Assembly: GCA_951406725.2 (NCBI GenBank)
Contig: OX597825.1
Coordinates: forward strand, 12,214,001 to 12,278,000
Source: Octopus vulgaris
Taxonomy: Eukaryota
Reading direction: 5' to 3'
DNA: 64,000 bases
The notes below the pieces were generated by a model, which was not told the origin of the DNA, made no database searches, and saw only the letters and a program-made list of their open reading frames with translations. Shown here one piece after another: positions 38,724-53,499 of this stretch. Each line of letters opens with the position of its first letter. The first letter of the stretch is position 1. The position numbers were made by a program, and so were the translations under genes.

Positions 38724-39766
38724 TACATATAAATACATATAAACATATGTTTGTGTGTATATATAAAAATATATTTATACATATATATACATACACTGTA
38801 TGTATGTATATTGTTCTGTTTTTTTTTTACTCTTTTTAGTTTTTCATTGTTTTTAGTGTTTTGTTCTCATTGTCCTGTTCTTGTTACCACTTTCACCCAC
38901 CGCAAAAAACTCCCAAATTTTCTTTAATTTGCTTTCCGGGAAGGACTGTTCCAACGAACAACTTGATGACCAAGCAACATCCTGAATTTCCCTATGATTC
39001 CATGGTCTATTCACCGATATTCGTATCATATGGAATTACATATATATATATATATATATATATATGAGTGTGTGTCTCTGTGTGTGTACATATACGTACA
39101 CAGATACACGCGCGCCAACATATATTTAATATTGTCTCAGTGAAAGCTGCATCAGCTTCCAATTTATTACTCCGTCTAGATGATGAGATTTTAAGCTGTT
39201 TATCTTCTGTCTCTCCCTAATCTCGCAGGAAAGCAGTTTACATAGCTTAACTCTGTAAGTGAAATCAATTACGATATATTGATTCTTGCGACTATTATTA
39301 TGTTACCATGATATAAATAGCATATCTCAGTGTAATTGAATACCAGTTGAGTGTTGATAAAAAGTTACAATCACTTATGTACGGAAACTTGATATGAAGA
39401 TATTAAACAATGTGTAATTGGTTCATTGATCAGATATTCAGATTTTTTGCCTTTTAATTTGAGGCACATCTACATGTACATTAATAGATAGACGGCAGAT
39501 ATATGTCAATCGATCTGTATTTATATATACGGGAGCAATATAGAATACATAACCTCGTCTAGAAACGTTTACATTGATTTGGAGAGTAATATCATACTAG
39601 ATTATTTAAACCATTTTGTCATAAGCATTTTCTAAAGCAGAATATGAAACTGTAAGTAAGATATGCGCCCCCCAAATTGCCAGTCGCTTCATATTATATG
39701 TAAACAACTACGAGCAAACATAAAAACTATAATCTAACATTGATTCATACAACCTTCATTTCATGT

Positions 39767-39838
<72 letters not shown>

Positions 39839-39909
39839 GTATTTGTGTGTGCGCACATATATACGTATATTTATTTGAAATGAATATATATGTTTACATG
39901 TATATATAC

Positions 39910-39949
<40 letters not shown>

Positions 39950-39981
39950 GCACATATACATATATATATATATGTATATAT

Positions 39982-40305
39982 TTTATTCTTTTATTTGTTT
40001 GTCATTTCACTGCGGCCATGCTGGAGCACTGCTTTTAGTCTAGCAAATCGACCCCAGAACTGTAAGCCTTCCTTATTCTATCGGTCCCTTTTGCCGAACC
40101 GCTAGATTACGGGGACGTAAACACATCAATATTGGTTGTCAAGTACCGTTGGTGGGTAGTCACAAAAACACAAAGACACACACGTACATATATATATAAA
40201 GGGCTTCTTTTATTTTCCATCTACCAAATCCACTCACAAATCTTTGATGGGCCGGAGAAGAAACTCGCCCAAGGTACCACGCAGTGGGGCCTAACCCGGA
40301 ACCAT
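39982..40305 (-). mobile_element. SINE B, 5'-truncated
   Basis: CTGCGGCCATGCTGGAGCAC tail, TTTTGCCGAACCGCTA, GCCCAAGGTACCACGCAGTGGG. Confidence 0.8.
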
Positions 40306-40342
40306 GTATATATATATATATATACATACATATATATAGCCT

Positions 40343-40547
40343 TTAATCTTTACTCTTTAAAATGTTTCAGCTTCAAAGCTGCGGTCATGCTGGGGCACCA
40401 CCGTTGACTGAGCTACAATATTATTTGAAACCCCCTCTGATATCTAACATTTGGTCAAGGTGGGAGTTTGATGCCGCTGCCCTCATCTGTGTTTCCTGCC
40501 GTGAGTTAGGGGCATTTGGAACCCTTGACAGTAACAGATCCAATTTT
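40343..40547 (-). mobile_element. CR1/Zenon-like LINE 3' end (ORF2 C-terminus plus short 3' UTR)
   Basis: Minus strand translates KLDLLLSRVPNAPNSRQETQMRAAASNSHLDQMLDIRGGFK* (stop at 40421-40423), like the KLD.FL..VPDEP..RAA.SNSL end of CR1-group RTs. Confidence 0.7.
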
Positions 40548-40834
40548 CATATGTATGTCTCTATATACATATATATGAATGTATATATCAAATGAATACA
40601 TTTATATATGTATACATAGAGACACATACCACAAACACATACACACATACAGATATATTGCTAGGTGTTAATAACTGAATGAATGTAGGATAGATGGAGC
40701 CTAAAATCGATACCATGATAGTTTAAGAGTAGTACCTAGCGTAATAAACCGAAAAAAAATGTATTTATGAAATAATGATTGTCTGGCAGTCCTGATTTAG
40801 GACGAATGTTGCTGAAATTTAGGCCCAGGTGACA

Positions 40835-41090
40835 TCGTATCCAGTTGGCTATACGACACAAGGTATTGGGTTGTGTTGTGTTCTTTAGCAAGACACTTTT
40901 TCATGTTCACCGAGCTGAAGAAATGACTTGCAACGCCACTGGTGCCAACATCGGTGGCATGGCGAGGAGAGGTTGGGATGCAAGGGTGACTGTTGTTCCT
41001 CCAGAAACAAACAGAGCCGCATTAGGGATTCGGGGTAGAATTTCCTAGCTGCGATCCTGTGGTCATTCATGACTGAAGGGTCTCTTTACC
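40835..41090 (+). mobile_element. SINE E, diverged
   Basis: GTGTTCTTTAGCAAGACACTTT..CACTGGTGCCAA..GGTCATTCATGACTGAAGGG..TTTACC matches 13852-14192. Confidence 0.75.
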
Positions 41091-41288
41091 CATTCATAAA
41101 CAAAATTCCAGACCTCATTACCACGTATACGTTGCTGCATGTGAGAGAATATACGCGTACATGTCCAGTCATATTTTCTTTGCGCTTCTGTATGTGTGTA
41201 AGCGTAAGCAAATTATAAAAGAGACTATAACTAGGTAGAAAAGTAGTCAATAGCTGAACATTGCAGAATATCATTTAGAGGTGATAAT

Positions 41289-41671
41289 TCGTGGCACTTC
41301 GTCGGTTACGACGACGAGTGTTCCAGTTGATCTGTTAAACAGAACAGCCGGCGCGTGAAATTAACGTGCACGTGGCTGAGAACTCCACAGACACGTGTAC
41401 CCTTAACGCAGTTATCGATTAGATTCAGCGTGACACAGAGTGTGACAAAGCTGGCCCCTTTATATACAGGTACAGCAGAACGGGAAGAAATAGTGAAAGA
41501 AAGTTGTGGTGAAATAGTATAGCAGGGTTCACCACAATCCCCTGCCGGAGCCTCGAGGATCTTTGGGTGCTTTCGCTCAATAAACACTCATAACACCCGG
41601 TCTGGGAATTGAAACTGCGATCCTACGACTGCGAGCCCGCTTCCCTAACCACTGGACCATTGCGCCACCAC
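41289..41671 (-). mobile_element. SINE C, diverged full length, 9-bp TSD
   Basis: Matches 9207-9597; TSD AGGTGATAA at 41279-41287 and 41674-41682. Confidence 0.85.
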
Positions 41672-42300
41672 AAAGGTGATAAACATAGCGAAAGAAAGGT
41701 AATAAATATCATGGATGAAGTGATTATGATATTCGTCAAAATGATTGCACAATTTAAAAAAAAGAATTCTCAGTTCTCATTCTAGATTTCGTTCGAGGTA
41801 AATTCAGTTCAATGAACAATTCCTGTATTGAAATACATTATTTATTGAAAAACTCAGCATTTGAAAAACTAATTTGAATATTTTCAATATAAGTTTGAGA
41901 CGGTAAACCGACGAAACAAAGTCTAAAGTCATTCACCTCTCATTATAGCAGTTTAGCAATGCATAGAACAATTTTAATAACTTATGCAATTCAACATGTA
42001 AATGTATAAATGGTTTATATGTTGTATATAAGAGCGACATGGTGGGCGAACTTTTAATATAGACAGACTGGTATTCGCAGGTGTTTAAACAGATTGTATT
42101 TAACAATAAGAATATATATATATATATATATATATGTATATTTAAATGTATATGTATATGTGTATCTGTATATACCTAAGTACACACACATATATATGTG
42201 TGTATATATTTGTGTGTGCCTGTGTGTGTATAGGTATGTGTGTGTATGTATATATGTATATATATATATATAGATATGCATGCATGTACATACGTATACA

Positions 42301-42806
<506 letters not shown>

Positions 42807-44922
42807 GTATATATATATATCTGTGAGTGCGTGTGTGTATTCTAAGGTAGATAGAAGGATAGATAACTGATGGATAGACATATAGATACGTAAATACATA
42901 GATAAATGAATTTTAGATCTCGATTTGGGATTTGGTTTGCAAGATTCCTTATGTGAGTTCGTGTGTTGGAGCATGTTCTGTTGTGTCTGGGGAGAGTCAC
43001 TTTCTGTTTATGCCAACATACTCACCGGTAAACTTTCCACTTATTCCTTATTTATCTCTCCTTTTGAATACAGTCTATATACACATACACACACCCACAC
43101 ACACATATATATAGATATATGCACGGCCACTCATATATAAACATATGTATATATCTATATCTGTGTTTGTTTGTTTATAACAGTCATCATAGATACACTA
43201 AATAGAGTTTGAACGTTGCTATATTGTACTACACAATATGTCTATACATATTAGCATATCATTCCGTATAATTACCTCGTGTACAGCATTGTTTTCACAT
43301 TAAATGTCTCCAATAAACTCTGCTACAATACGCAATTATCTCCTATGAATTTGACATAATTCGGTAATGGTTTTAGTACCGGTGCACTTTTACAGAGAGC
43401 ACGATATTACAACACATGATTCGAAGGGAGTGCATTCTGTTCTTAAGCTATTGCGTTTACATCAGTTTGTTATATACGGTGTTTTCTTTTAGATTATAAA
43501 TACACAATATAGTGGAATTTAGTGTAATATAAACATACACAAACACACACATACATAAGCACTCTCCCACTAACACAATCATAGGCATGTTATACATAAA
43601 TATTCTGTATTATATCAAATGCTAGTGAAATTGCTACTGTCATGCCATAAGGCGCATCTGTTTTCATCTGAAACAAAATACTTGTGTACGTCACTCTGTG
43701 TTGTTTTAAAATTATTTTGTTGACATTTCCTCTCATGATAATCAAATTGGGTGTTAATATATAACGTTTTTTCCCCCTTGGAAACTATTAATGTTTTGAG
43801 GAAATAAAATATTTTTTGAACGCTTCCTTTGTGTGATGTATGATTTTTTTTTCCTATTTTCTGTCTTCCTTTTTTTTTTAAAGTAGAACTCGCAATATCC
43901 TGAGCAATTTTATATCTCTGAGTAACTTGAAGAAAAATAAACAAACAGTGTTTCTTGTTACAAAACATTCAGAGGAAAATCTGAAACTTTAGGAATTAGT
44001 TTTTATGGCAATATTTTGGGGGAAATCCAATTAACTTCGTAATGTTCTTTCTGCTGAGATCGAGTTCGTAGCATCTCTGAATTGATCAACAAGCGTTAGT
44101 TGTGGTGAAAAGATTGAAATATGAAAAGAAAAAATAAGATCTTCGATAGATGCGCTCATGTATAAGCCCTTAATTAGGAACGAACTTGATACGGCCAAAG
44201 GTAGATAAATCTTAATTAGTGAACATTCGCAGGATCTGGGGAAAAAGAAAGGAAATGTGGATCGACGCATGAATGAATGCAGCAAACTATCGCAAAATGC
44301 ATATAAAGCATCGACACGTGCCAGTAAAACAGCAAATTGGAATGTTTTGTAAAATTTGTGGAAGAGATGTAACAGAAAATTGGTATGAGCAATAGTCAGC
44401 GGTTGTGATGGTAAATGATAATTACAGACGATACCATTCACCACGTCTGTTAGGAGTTTACTTGTGTTTATTATAAGCAAGGACATGGGTGTATAGTTAG
44501 AAAGTTTGATATACAACGCATAAGCTTTTGCTCCGATTGTACCTGCAACTCAACCTCTTCTGGTGCATTTTGTTTTTTATGTACACAACAGGTTGCGAGG
44601 GGACTTCGATAGAGAGAACATGTACACATTTACAGGAAAACGCTCATATTTATCCATACACATAGAGTTACATATACGTACATGTATATATGTGAATGAG
44701 TGTACGGGTATGTATATTTGAAGGTAGGTATGTCTCTCTCGTTCTTTTGTTATATGCTGTTGCAAGAATAATGCCGAATTGTATCCAATTAAATTGAAAA
44801 TTAGGTCAGTGATAGTACGTTATCGATAGAATGAATACCAGGCTGGAATTAGTACAGGACCCTATAAAAACCCTTAAATACACTTCAAGCTTCTGGTCCA
44901 ACATGACCATAATTCTTTACTG

Positions 44923-45485
44923 TTGGGTTGTCCGGAAAGTTCGTTCCGATTTTTAAAGGAAATAAAGGTCAATAAATACTTGCCATTACATTTTTAATCA
45001 ACCAAATATGAACAATTTTTTGCACAATGCGTCTCCATCTTTCCTTTAACTTGAAAATATCCTCTTCTCAGAATTGAGGTGGTTTCGTGGCAAAGTATCC
45101 ATGAAGGTATCTTTTTACGTCATCCAAGGAATTGAAATTTTTACCATTAAGACTATCCTCCAGAGACCTGAGTAAGTAGAAATCCGACGGAGCAATATCT
45201 GGTGAATATGGAGGGTGGGGTAACACATCGCAGTCGATCTGCAGCAATTTTTATCTGTTTCCCAAAGCATCAAGTGCCGAAAAAGAACTTTCTCATCTTC
45301 CATTTTAAAGTGTTACAGAATTAACACAGGTAATAGGAACATAAACCTTCTTCCACGAAAAGCTAGCTTTACGTGTGCTCTAAATGGAGATGTAGTCAAA
45401 TCCTATTTTATGGACTCACGCATGTTCTAAAATGATTCGAAAGGTAAGCTACTATAAATCGGCACAAACTTTCCGGACAGCCCAA
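44923..45485 (-). mobile_element. Internally deleted mariner (Tc1/mariner) DNA transposon
   Basis: TIRs TTGGGTTGTCCGGAAAGTTCGTTCCGATTT and AAATCGGCACAAACTTTCCGGACAGCCCAA with TA on the right; minus strand encodes VLPHPPYSPDIAPSDFYLLRSLEDSLNGKNFNSLDDVK..ERWRRIV. Confidence 0.9.
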
Positions 45486-45509
45486 TAATTTTTCTCAATG
45501 AATAGTAAC

Positions 45510-45728
45510 ATTTTCTGCTATAGACACAAGGCCTTAAATTTTGAGGCGTTGGAATAACACGATTATATCGACGCTATCGCTCGACTGCTACTTAATTTGT
45601 CGATCCCGAAAGTCTAAAAGCTAAGGTCAGCCGCAGGAGTGATTGAACTCAGATCGTAAAGGCAGACAAAAATCCCAGTAAGCATTTTTTTCCAGTGTGC
45701 TAATGATTCTACCAGCTCCCTGCCTTAC
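45510..45728 (-). mobile_element. Decayed SINE A2
   Basis: ACACAAGGCCTTAAATTTTG tail; GAACTCAGATCGTAAAGGCAGAC; GTGCTAATGATTCTACCAGCTC head. Confidence 0.65.
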
Positions 45729-46299
45729 ACTCTCAACGAATGCTAATGTAGGTTATAGATAGAAAAACGAAGACAATACGGATAATTTATTCAACGACAT
45801 GTATTCATAGACATCTGTCTAGGAATTAAATTCCTGCCGACGTAAACTAGAATTTATTTAATGTTAATTTGAATAATGCCTTGGATTGTAAAGATAGAAT
45901 TGAGTATTTCATCTTCATGTATTCTAGGTCTGAAACCCCATCACATGCTCTCACCATATTCAGAGGCCGATGTAAATCTGACCCGCGGCTAGGAGTATAT
46001 ATTTACAGCAAGCCATAACATTTCTATTATTGTATCTCTTGTATTGTACATAAACAGTGCAGAACATGCAATAGAAATGCAAGTTTAGACATTAAGAAGT
46101 TGTGTTGTATGGCTGTTTTAAAATTGAACCCTTCAGATGGGTAAAGTAGACGTGGGATTTTACGCTGGTACACAAGGAAGAAACAAAATAATGTAAAACA
46201 GTTTAATATTTTCTGAATGATTTTGCGTTCTGAGTCATGAAGTATCAATTTGGGAGATCAAATTTCCCCATGAATTGTTCAAGGCAACATCTAGCTCTC

Positions 46300-46474
46300 A
46301 GTCATCATCATCACCATCATTATCATCATCATGGCCGTCGTCATCGTCGTCGTCATAATCATCTTCATCATCATCGTCATCATCGTCTTCTCCGTCCTCG
46401 TCGTCTTGCTCGTCGTCGTCGTCGTCTTCATAATCATTATCATCATCATCGACATTATCGTCATCATCATCATC

Positions 46475-46505
<31 letters not shown>

Positions 46506-46595
46506 TCCACATCATAATCATCATCATCATCGTCATCATCATCATCATCATCATCATAGTCGTTTTGCTCGTCATCATCGTCATCCTCATAATCG

Positions 46596-46627
<32 letters not shown>

Positions 46628-46733
46628 GACGTTTTGGTCGTCGTCGTTATTATCATCATCATTGGTGTTATCCACACTATAAGCGTCATCATCATCTTCG
46701 GCCTCATGATTTTCATAACCTTCATCATATTTC

Positions 46734-46812
<79 letters not shown>

Positions 46813-46848
46813 CATCATCATCTTCATCATCACCATCGTTATCATCTT
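46300..46848. repeat. Degenerate (CAT/CGT)n trinucleotide repeat
   Basis: Directly visible; source of the poly-H, poly-D, poly-M and poly-I ORFs. Confidence 0.95.
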
Positions 46849-48047
46849 CCTTTTCCACGCTTCCACCTACCGCATCCATGTTTATACTCACCATAACCAA
46901 ACAAATACTCTCACATCTCTATTAATTCTGTAAATATATCCTGACACCACAAGCCATACTTGCTCACGTGATTTTTCTATCACAACTCTCAGCAGGGTGT
47001 AATATGCATCGCTAGGATGGCAGCAACACCGACCACTGAGAAAGGAATATGGAAATTTAGGTCAACCCACAATTAATGAAACGAAAATCGGTCACCTGAC
47101 ACAATTAAAATAAATTATTTTGCACCCTGCCCCGAACGCTCCCAAGTCCTTACCATCAAATACGATCTTTATATCTAAAATTTACCGTGTTTCTAGCTTT
47201 GGTATGTGGAGAGAATTATTTAGAAATCAGCTTTCGGTATTTTTCAAAGTGCATATTTCTTACAAAGAACTGTTTACCAAAAATCGGCTTTTGCGATTAG
47301 GCGTTCGGAATGAGAAAAGTATTTTCCCCCCTCCACCTGTTCGTGTCCATTAAGCAAATTTGATTCATATCTACGCGGACCACCCTCGTAATTAAAAGCC
47401 GTCGTGGCGTAGACAAATATTTCGTATTGGCGATTTAGAATATATTTAAGTGGTTTGAAAAATCTATGTTATGTATCGCATAATGGAAATAGCTAGGAAA
47501 ATAATTTAGAAAACAGTCATTTGACACACTCGGAAATAATAAATATGGAAAAATAGTACTTAGGGAGGCTTATGCATAAAAAAACGTAGTAAAGTATATT
47601 TGAAAATACATAATGCGTTAATGCAATTAATGTTATTTAATTAAAAAATCAGCCACGGTGAAGCTATGATAGAGAGAGAAATTACGCTCATATACATTCA
47701 ATAAAAAAACAGAAAACCAGTTGTTAAAAGGGTTGATGTACTACAAGAGTACTGAAACGTGTCCGGAAACGTTACCTTACTAGTGAACGATTAAATTTGT
47801 TACTATTCACATTGTGTAATATATTTATGCGTATGAATTTAAAATCTGTACATGGAACAAGCGCACAAGCACACACATAAACATGCAAATATACACACAT
47901 ACACACAGACAGTACATAGATGAGACTCAAATATTCTCCGTATAGTAGTACTCAAGGGGGGGCATCATTAAGTGCTCTCTCACTCAATTTTCTGTATCAT
48001 TTGTACTCAATATAAGTTGGACCTTGTTATATGTATACATATATACA

Positions 48048-48087
<40 letters not shown>

Positions 48088-48098
48088 GTACCCATATA

Positions 48099-48131
<33 letters not shown>

Positions 48132-48135
<4 letters not shown>

Positions 48136-48415
48136 TGGCGTGGCTGTGTGGTAAGTAGCTTACTTAGCAACCACATGTTTCCGGGTTCAGTTCCACTCCG
48201 TGGCACCTTGGGTAACTGTCTTCTACTATAGCTCCGGGCCGACCAAAGCTTTGTGAATGGATTTCGTAGATGGAAACTGAAGGAAGCCCGTTTTAAAGAG
48301 ACCTATAGAATAAGTACTAGGCTTACAAAGAATAAGTCCTGGGGTCATTTTGTTCGATAGAAAGCAGTGCTCCAGTATGGCCGCAGTCAGATCACTGAAA
48401 CAAAATAATAAAAGA
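48132..48415 (+). mobile_element. SINE B with internal deletion of the microsatellite segment
   Basis: Head to GAAGCCCG joins directly to AAAGAGACCTATAGAATAAGTACTAGG. Confidence 0.8.
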
Positions 48416-48452
<37 letters not shown>

Positions 48453-49225
48453 CACACATATATATATACATACATATATATATATATATGTGTGTGTGTA
48501 TATGTACACACATATATATATACATATGTACAAGCAACTTTATCTAACATGCATTTAACAATTTCGTTGATAAATCTTCCTTAAGTTACATACACATGTT
48601 TCAATAAACTATTAGCATATCAATCACTGCAGATCTACAACTAATATAGTGACAATGAACAATTTAACAAATTTGGAATAAAACGATAATGCTGAGAGTT
48701 TTATTTTTTCTCAAAAAGATAATCAATTGAACCTCTACGCTGTCACATGACCATACTAATTCAGCTGGAAAATATTAATTAGATCATGTTTTGCCAATAT
48801 CGCTTCGAAATCTGTATTAATATTTGCCTGTGTATTGCATATTATATTTCTTATATCGACTGACATTTTGTGTGCTTCTTTGAAAACAATATGTATTGTA
48901 AAGGATTTTGAAGAGGCTGTGCTGTGATGTTATGCACCATTAAACAAGTTACTGAGTCAGTAGTTCCCAAATGATGGATAAAACATCTGAATGGTTGTAT
49001 ATATTTACCAGTTTATAATAATTCAATCGTTTTTATTGTTTTTACAGCAAGTCATATTTGTCAATACCAAGTCTAGCGAAATTTTGGAAATCTCCATTAT
49101 ATTTTCCTATTCCTTCGTAAATAATTACGTTAAAGCATGCAGAGGTGATTTTAATATGTTTCACTATTTTTCAGTATAAAACATCCGTTACATCCCCTCT
49201 TCTACTGATTTTAATAAATGAAACA

Positions 49226-49264
<39 letters not shown>

Positions 49265-49403
49265 AGACACACACTCACACACACACACACTCTCATGTCT
49301 CATAGAATCTATATTCATACATGGACCTCAATACATACATGTGTGTTTGCCTGTCGTCCTATCCATCTATCTCGCTGTTTATATATGTATGTATGTATGT
49401 ATG

Positions 49404-49539
<136 letters not shown>

Positions 49540-49642
49540 GGAGTAAACACATAAATGTGAAACAAGGTGGAAAAAAAGAGTACTCAAATACCAGTGGTAG
49601 AGTAATATGCTTTATTTAAAGCAGCAGAAAATTCAACAAAAT

Positions 49643-49680
49643 CTGTTACTCTGAGTTTCTCGTTGCCGTTCATCAGACAG
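49643..49680 (-). ncRNA. Minimal type-I hammerhead ribozyme motif (canonical core)
   Basis: Minus strand: ctgt-CTGATGA-acg gcaa cga-GAAA-ctcagag-TA-acag; stem I ctgt/acag, quasi-palindromic ACUCAGAGU stem III, GUA site; A.A mismatch at stem II base. Confidence 0.75.
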
Positions 49681-49710
49681 TTTTTGTTAGAATGGACATT
49701 CTAACAAAAA

Positions 49711-49748
49711 CTGTCTGATGAACGGCAACGAGAAACTCAGACTAACAC
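49711..49748 (+). ncRNA. Hammerhead motif, inverted partner with two substitutions
   Basis: ctgt-CTGATGA-acggcaacga-GAAA-ctcagac-TA-acac. Confidence 0.6.
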
Positions 49749-49780
49749 ATTTTGTTGAATTTTCTGCTGCTTTAAATAAA

Positions 49781-49835
<55 letters not shown>

Positions 49836-50479
49836 TAATTAGATTTTCCTGACCTGGTAGTATCTGTAGAAACGATGGGCGTCGCGACATCAAACAGACA
49901 TTGAAAATCCTTCACGGGGGTCAAGACCACAGTAATCACTATGGTATATAGCAGGGATCATGATGATGATAACAATATGTATAATCTTGTTGATTATTAG
50001 TTCTATGCCATCTCATCTGTTGAGTAACAAGGTCTACGTATCCTTGATCCTCCTTCTTCTTTAAGAAGATTAAGCTCGTTTGAAGAGAATGTCGTAGATA
50101 AACCCAGCAGGTCAAATGACATGGTAGATTTTCCGCCTCTTGATTAGTAGTGTAATAATATCATTGTTCAATGATAAGCTGATATCGTTGAATGCACAAT
50201 TATGCAGATGTATTTAAGTCCAAACATATTCAATTGTGAAATTGTCCTTAATTCCATCACTCTTTCTCATTCCCTATGACTTCCTCTCTTTCTTCCTTAA
50301 GTTTCCATTTCTCCCCCTCTCTCTCTCTCTCTCCCCTATGCACTTCGCAATATGCTACACTTTATACTATTCTGTCAACGAACGTCATGTCTCTACTGTC
50401 AGCCAGTCTGCCACGTACAAGGTAAATATGCGACATTAACTTATAGGTTTCCACGTTGCCTATAGAAGATTAGTACTCG

Positions 50480-50780
50480 AAGACAACATTGGATATCAAT
50501 GCTAACCATGAAAGATAAACGAATAAAGAAACAGACATACCGTCCATTTTGGAGAAAATAAATCCCTCAGTTGGAATATAGCCATTATAGCAAGATGTAA
50601 ATAGAAAACAATATTGAAAGATGATTACAGTGAAAGAAAATAAGAGATCATCACAGATGTTTGTGGACAGACAATATCGAAGAACTGACTGGAAATAAGA
50701 ACGTGACTGATTGTTTTCATACAGTGTAACACAAAGTAAGAGTTGTCTTGTGAAACCAGCCACAAGCTGATGATCTCATT
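50480..50780 (+). mobile_element. Highly decayed LINE 3' region, possibly RTE-like
   Basis: Fragmentary similarity to RT C-terminal text (PSILEKI..QLEYSH..DNIEELTG). Confidence 0.3.
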
Positions 50781-52069
50781 AGTACCCCTTGCTGGAAAAT
50801 ATGACTCGCTCTGGAAAATATCACCTTTTCATTAGAAAGAGCAGAGTTAATATTTCTGGTCGTTATGAACTTGGTTCAAACAACGAATTAAATATCAATG
50901 TTCACAGGATTTGAATTCAAGAATTTGGGGCTAGCGAACCCAATTACCGTAAAATTGCAACAAATAATTTGCTTAATTGAACCACTTAAAAATAAGAAAA
51001 TATATGTTAAAATTGTATAAATATTTCCGTTATGATATTCTGTATTCAGAATATTTCTCGTCAATTTCCCTACGCTTGTTCACAGTGATAACAACATTAT
51101 TGGACATAAGCGTAAATATGGCGATAACAATCATGTACAAAATTACTCCTAGCAAGGCATGACAATAACTGCTAACAAATACAAAATACTATGACGTAGA
51201 TGTTTTCTGAAGTTATTTTCGTTAGCCATATTTAACATTCACTGAACCGTTTAAAATTTTTTCTCACTTATTGTAAGTGAACATATTTGGTTTATTTCAA
51301 CAAATATTACAAAGTTTAACAAAAGTAATATTATAAATTTTTTCAAAAATATCTGAATGTTCGTTATATTTGTAATCTAAATTTTCACTGCATGATTTTG
51401 AACTGTTTTCTAAATCCTGCTACAACCGCCTCAGGAAACAAAATGTGCAAAATATTTATCGGATTAAACAAACGTTTATATATTCTTTTCAATGAATAAA
51501 CACTAGAGAATTGAGTCTTCAAATGTTTCCAAAGTTCTTTTCTTTTGCAATATTATACATCCAAAGCTTCCTTGAATACAGGTGAAATATTCAAAGATTC
51601 CTAAAATAAAACAAAATGGTTGACATCTCGAAATAGTTACTTTATATCCTGCAGGTGGGATTTCAATTACAAAGGTCGAGTGAGCTTCGACTAAATAAAG
51701 TACGTTACGGATAATTAAATGTAAGGATTCATTACTTGTTTTGTAATGTTTTCTTATTTCGATTCAGAAATAAATTAGGCACGGACATATAAACCCTTTA
51801 GGTAACAATCCGTTGAATTACTCTATAGAAACATAAAGTGCAGTAGTGTATTTAGTCAGAACAATTAGCTTGTTATGTTGCCCTTAATACAGCGTCCAAC
51901 CCTTTTTTGTGACAACTCAAAGTGTGCGAAGAGATAGGCATCATTCGTCTCATTGTGGACGTATTCCGAGATTACAAAAAGATTACAAAAAGTTTACAAA
52001 CACTGCGTAAAAAAAGTTGAAAATTCTCCCGATAAAATAAGGATAATAACAGTTTCCCAGAAAGTCCGG

Positions 52070-52245
52070 GAGGTGGTAAGTAGATTTCACCTATCCCAGT
52101 GTTCAAATGATATTTATTTTATCGACCGCGAAAGAATAAGGGGCGAGGACGACCTCGGCGGAATGTGAACTGAAAACAGAACGATGAATGAAATGCCCCT
52201 AGGCATTTTGTCCGGCGTGCTAATGATCATACCAGCTCGCTGCTT
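52070..52245 (-). mobile_element. Decayed SINE A2
   Basis: GACCTCGGCGGAATGTGAACT; GGCATTTTGTCCGGCGTGCTAATGATCATACCAGCTCGC. Confidence 0.7.
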
Positions 52246-52249
52246 TATA

Positions 52250-52770
52250 TGACATACTAAATATATCTAACAGGCTAAACAGAACTGGATGTGGATACAA
52301 CAGATACGGCAAGACAATCCACCAGCTTTTGTATATGGATGCTCTAAGACTGTACGCTACAAATGATAAACTGCTGGAAACATTATTACAGACTGTACAT
52401 GGATTTACCAAGGAAATAAACATGAAATTTGGTTTAGAAAAATGTGCCAAAGCAACCTTGAAAAGAAGAAATCTAGTTGACAGTAACAACATCACACTAG
52501 ATGAAGCAAATGAAACAAGAAAATTAGACCAAGACCAGACATACTTATGAATGAATGAACTAGATACGATACAACACATACAAATGAAAGAGAAGATAAG
52601 AAAGGACTATTATAGACAAACTAGATAAATATAGAAAACAGAGCTCAAAGCGAAAAACAAGATAATAGGTTTCAACAATCTAGACGTCCCAGTTATTAGT
52701 TATAGCTACAATATTCATATGAAGAAATCAAAATAGACAGGACAACATGAAACATAATGACTGGATTACC
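52250..52770 (+). mobile_element. R4/Dong-clade RT fragment (decayed YMDD region)
   Basis: ORF 52329-52550: YMDALRLYATND..LLQTVHGFTKEINMKFGLEKCAKATLKR. Confidence 0.85.
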
Positions 52771-53499
52771 TACAAGTCACCAATCTATTTTTGACCTATC
52801 TCATCTTCGGCTTAAATAACAGCAGTTCGTGTTCCTTTATCCGTTCTAAATTATATATCTGACACCAGTATATTTCCGATTCGAACGTATGCTAAATACT
52901 CTGTTTATACTCGTTTTATCTAACACACTATAACGATTCTGAATTTTGCACCTACTGCATCCTTTACATAATTACATTTCTCTGGGCTTCTTACCTGGCA
53001 CACGCTATTTCTAGACGAATAACTCTATATATGTTCGTAGATATGCAAATTAAATATCAAGTATTTATCATGCACGAAATCTTTAAAATGATGTGGCAAT
53101 TATGCGCACTTTTCTAAATATATGATTTATGTTGATATATTAATAACGTAGAATTCTTCAAGATGTAAACTAGATGCATATTGTATGTACTGAAATATTG
53201 TATGTTTTCCTAACACGAATCCATGCTGCTCTGCCTTGTGGCTCAGCCTGCAATAAATTGCATTAGAATCTTTGTTAAATATATCTCAAATAATTCAAGT
53301 TAGAAAATATTTCGTGAACAATGTCACCTTCGATATATTAGGTCTGGAGTGGAAAGGACGGTCACGCTTGAATCAAATATTAACGACATTGAAAGGAGGA
53401 GATCTATCAAGAGCAGGCTGTGTGATGAAAATTTGATTTGTGGCTTTTGCTTCCTGAGAAGGATTTTTGTACGTAAAGTAATATCGTTTAACTTTAATC

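Noticed and set aside
46298-46900. 200-aa poly-Asp ORF reminiscent of acidic mollusc biomineral proteins (and poly-His on the plus strand)
   Set aside because: A (GAT)n repeat cannot gain a stop by one substitution, several frames are open at once, and there is no signal peptide; a simple repeat explains it
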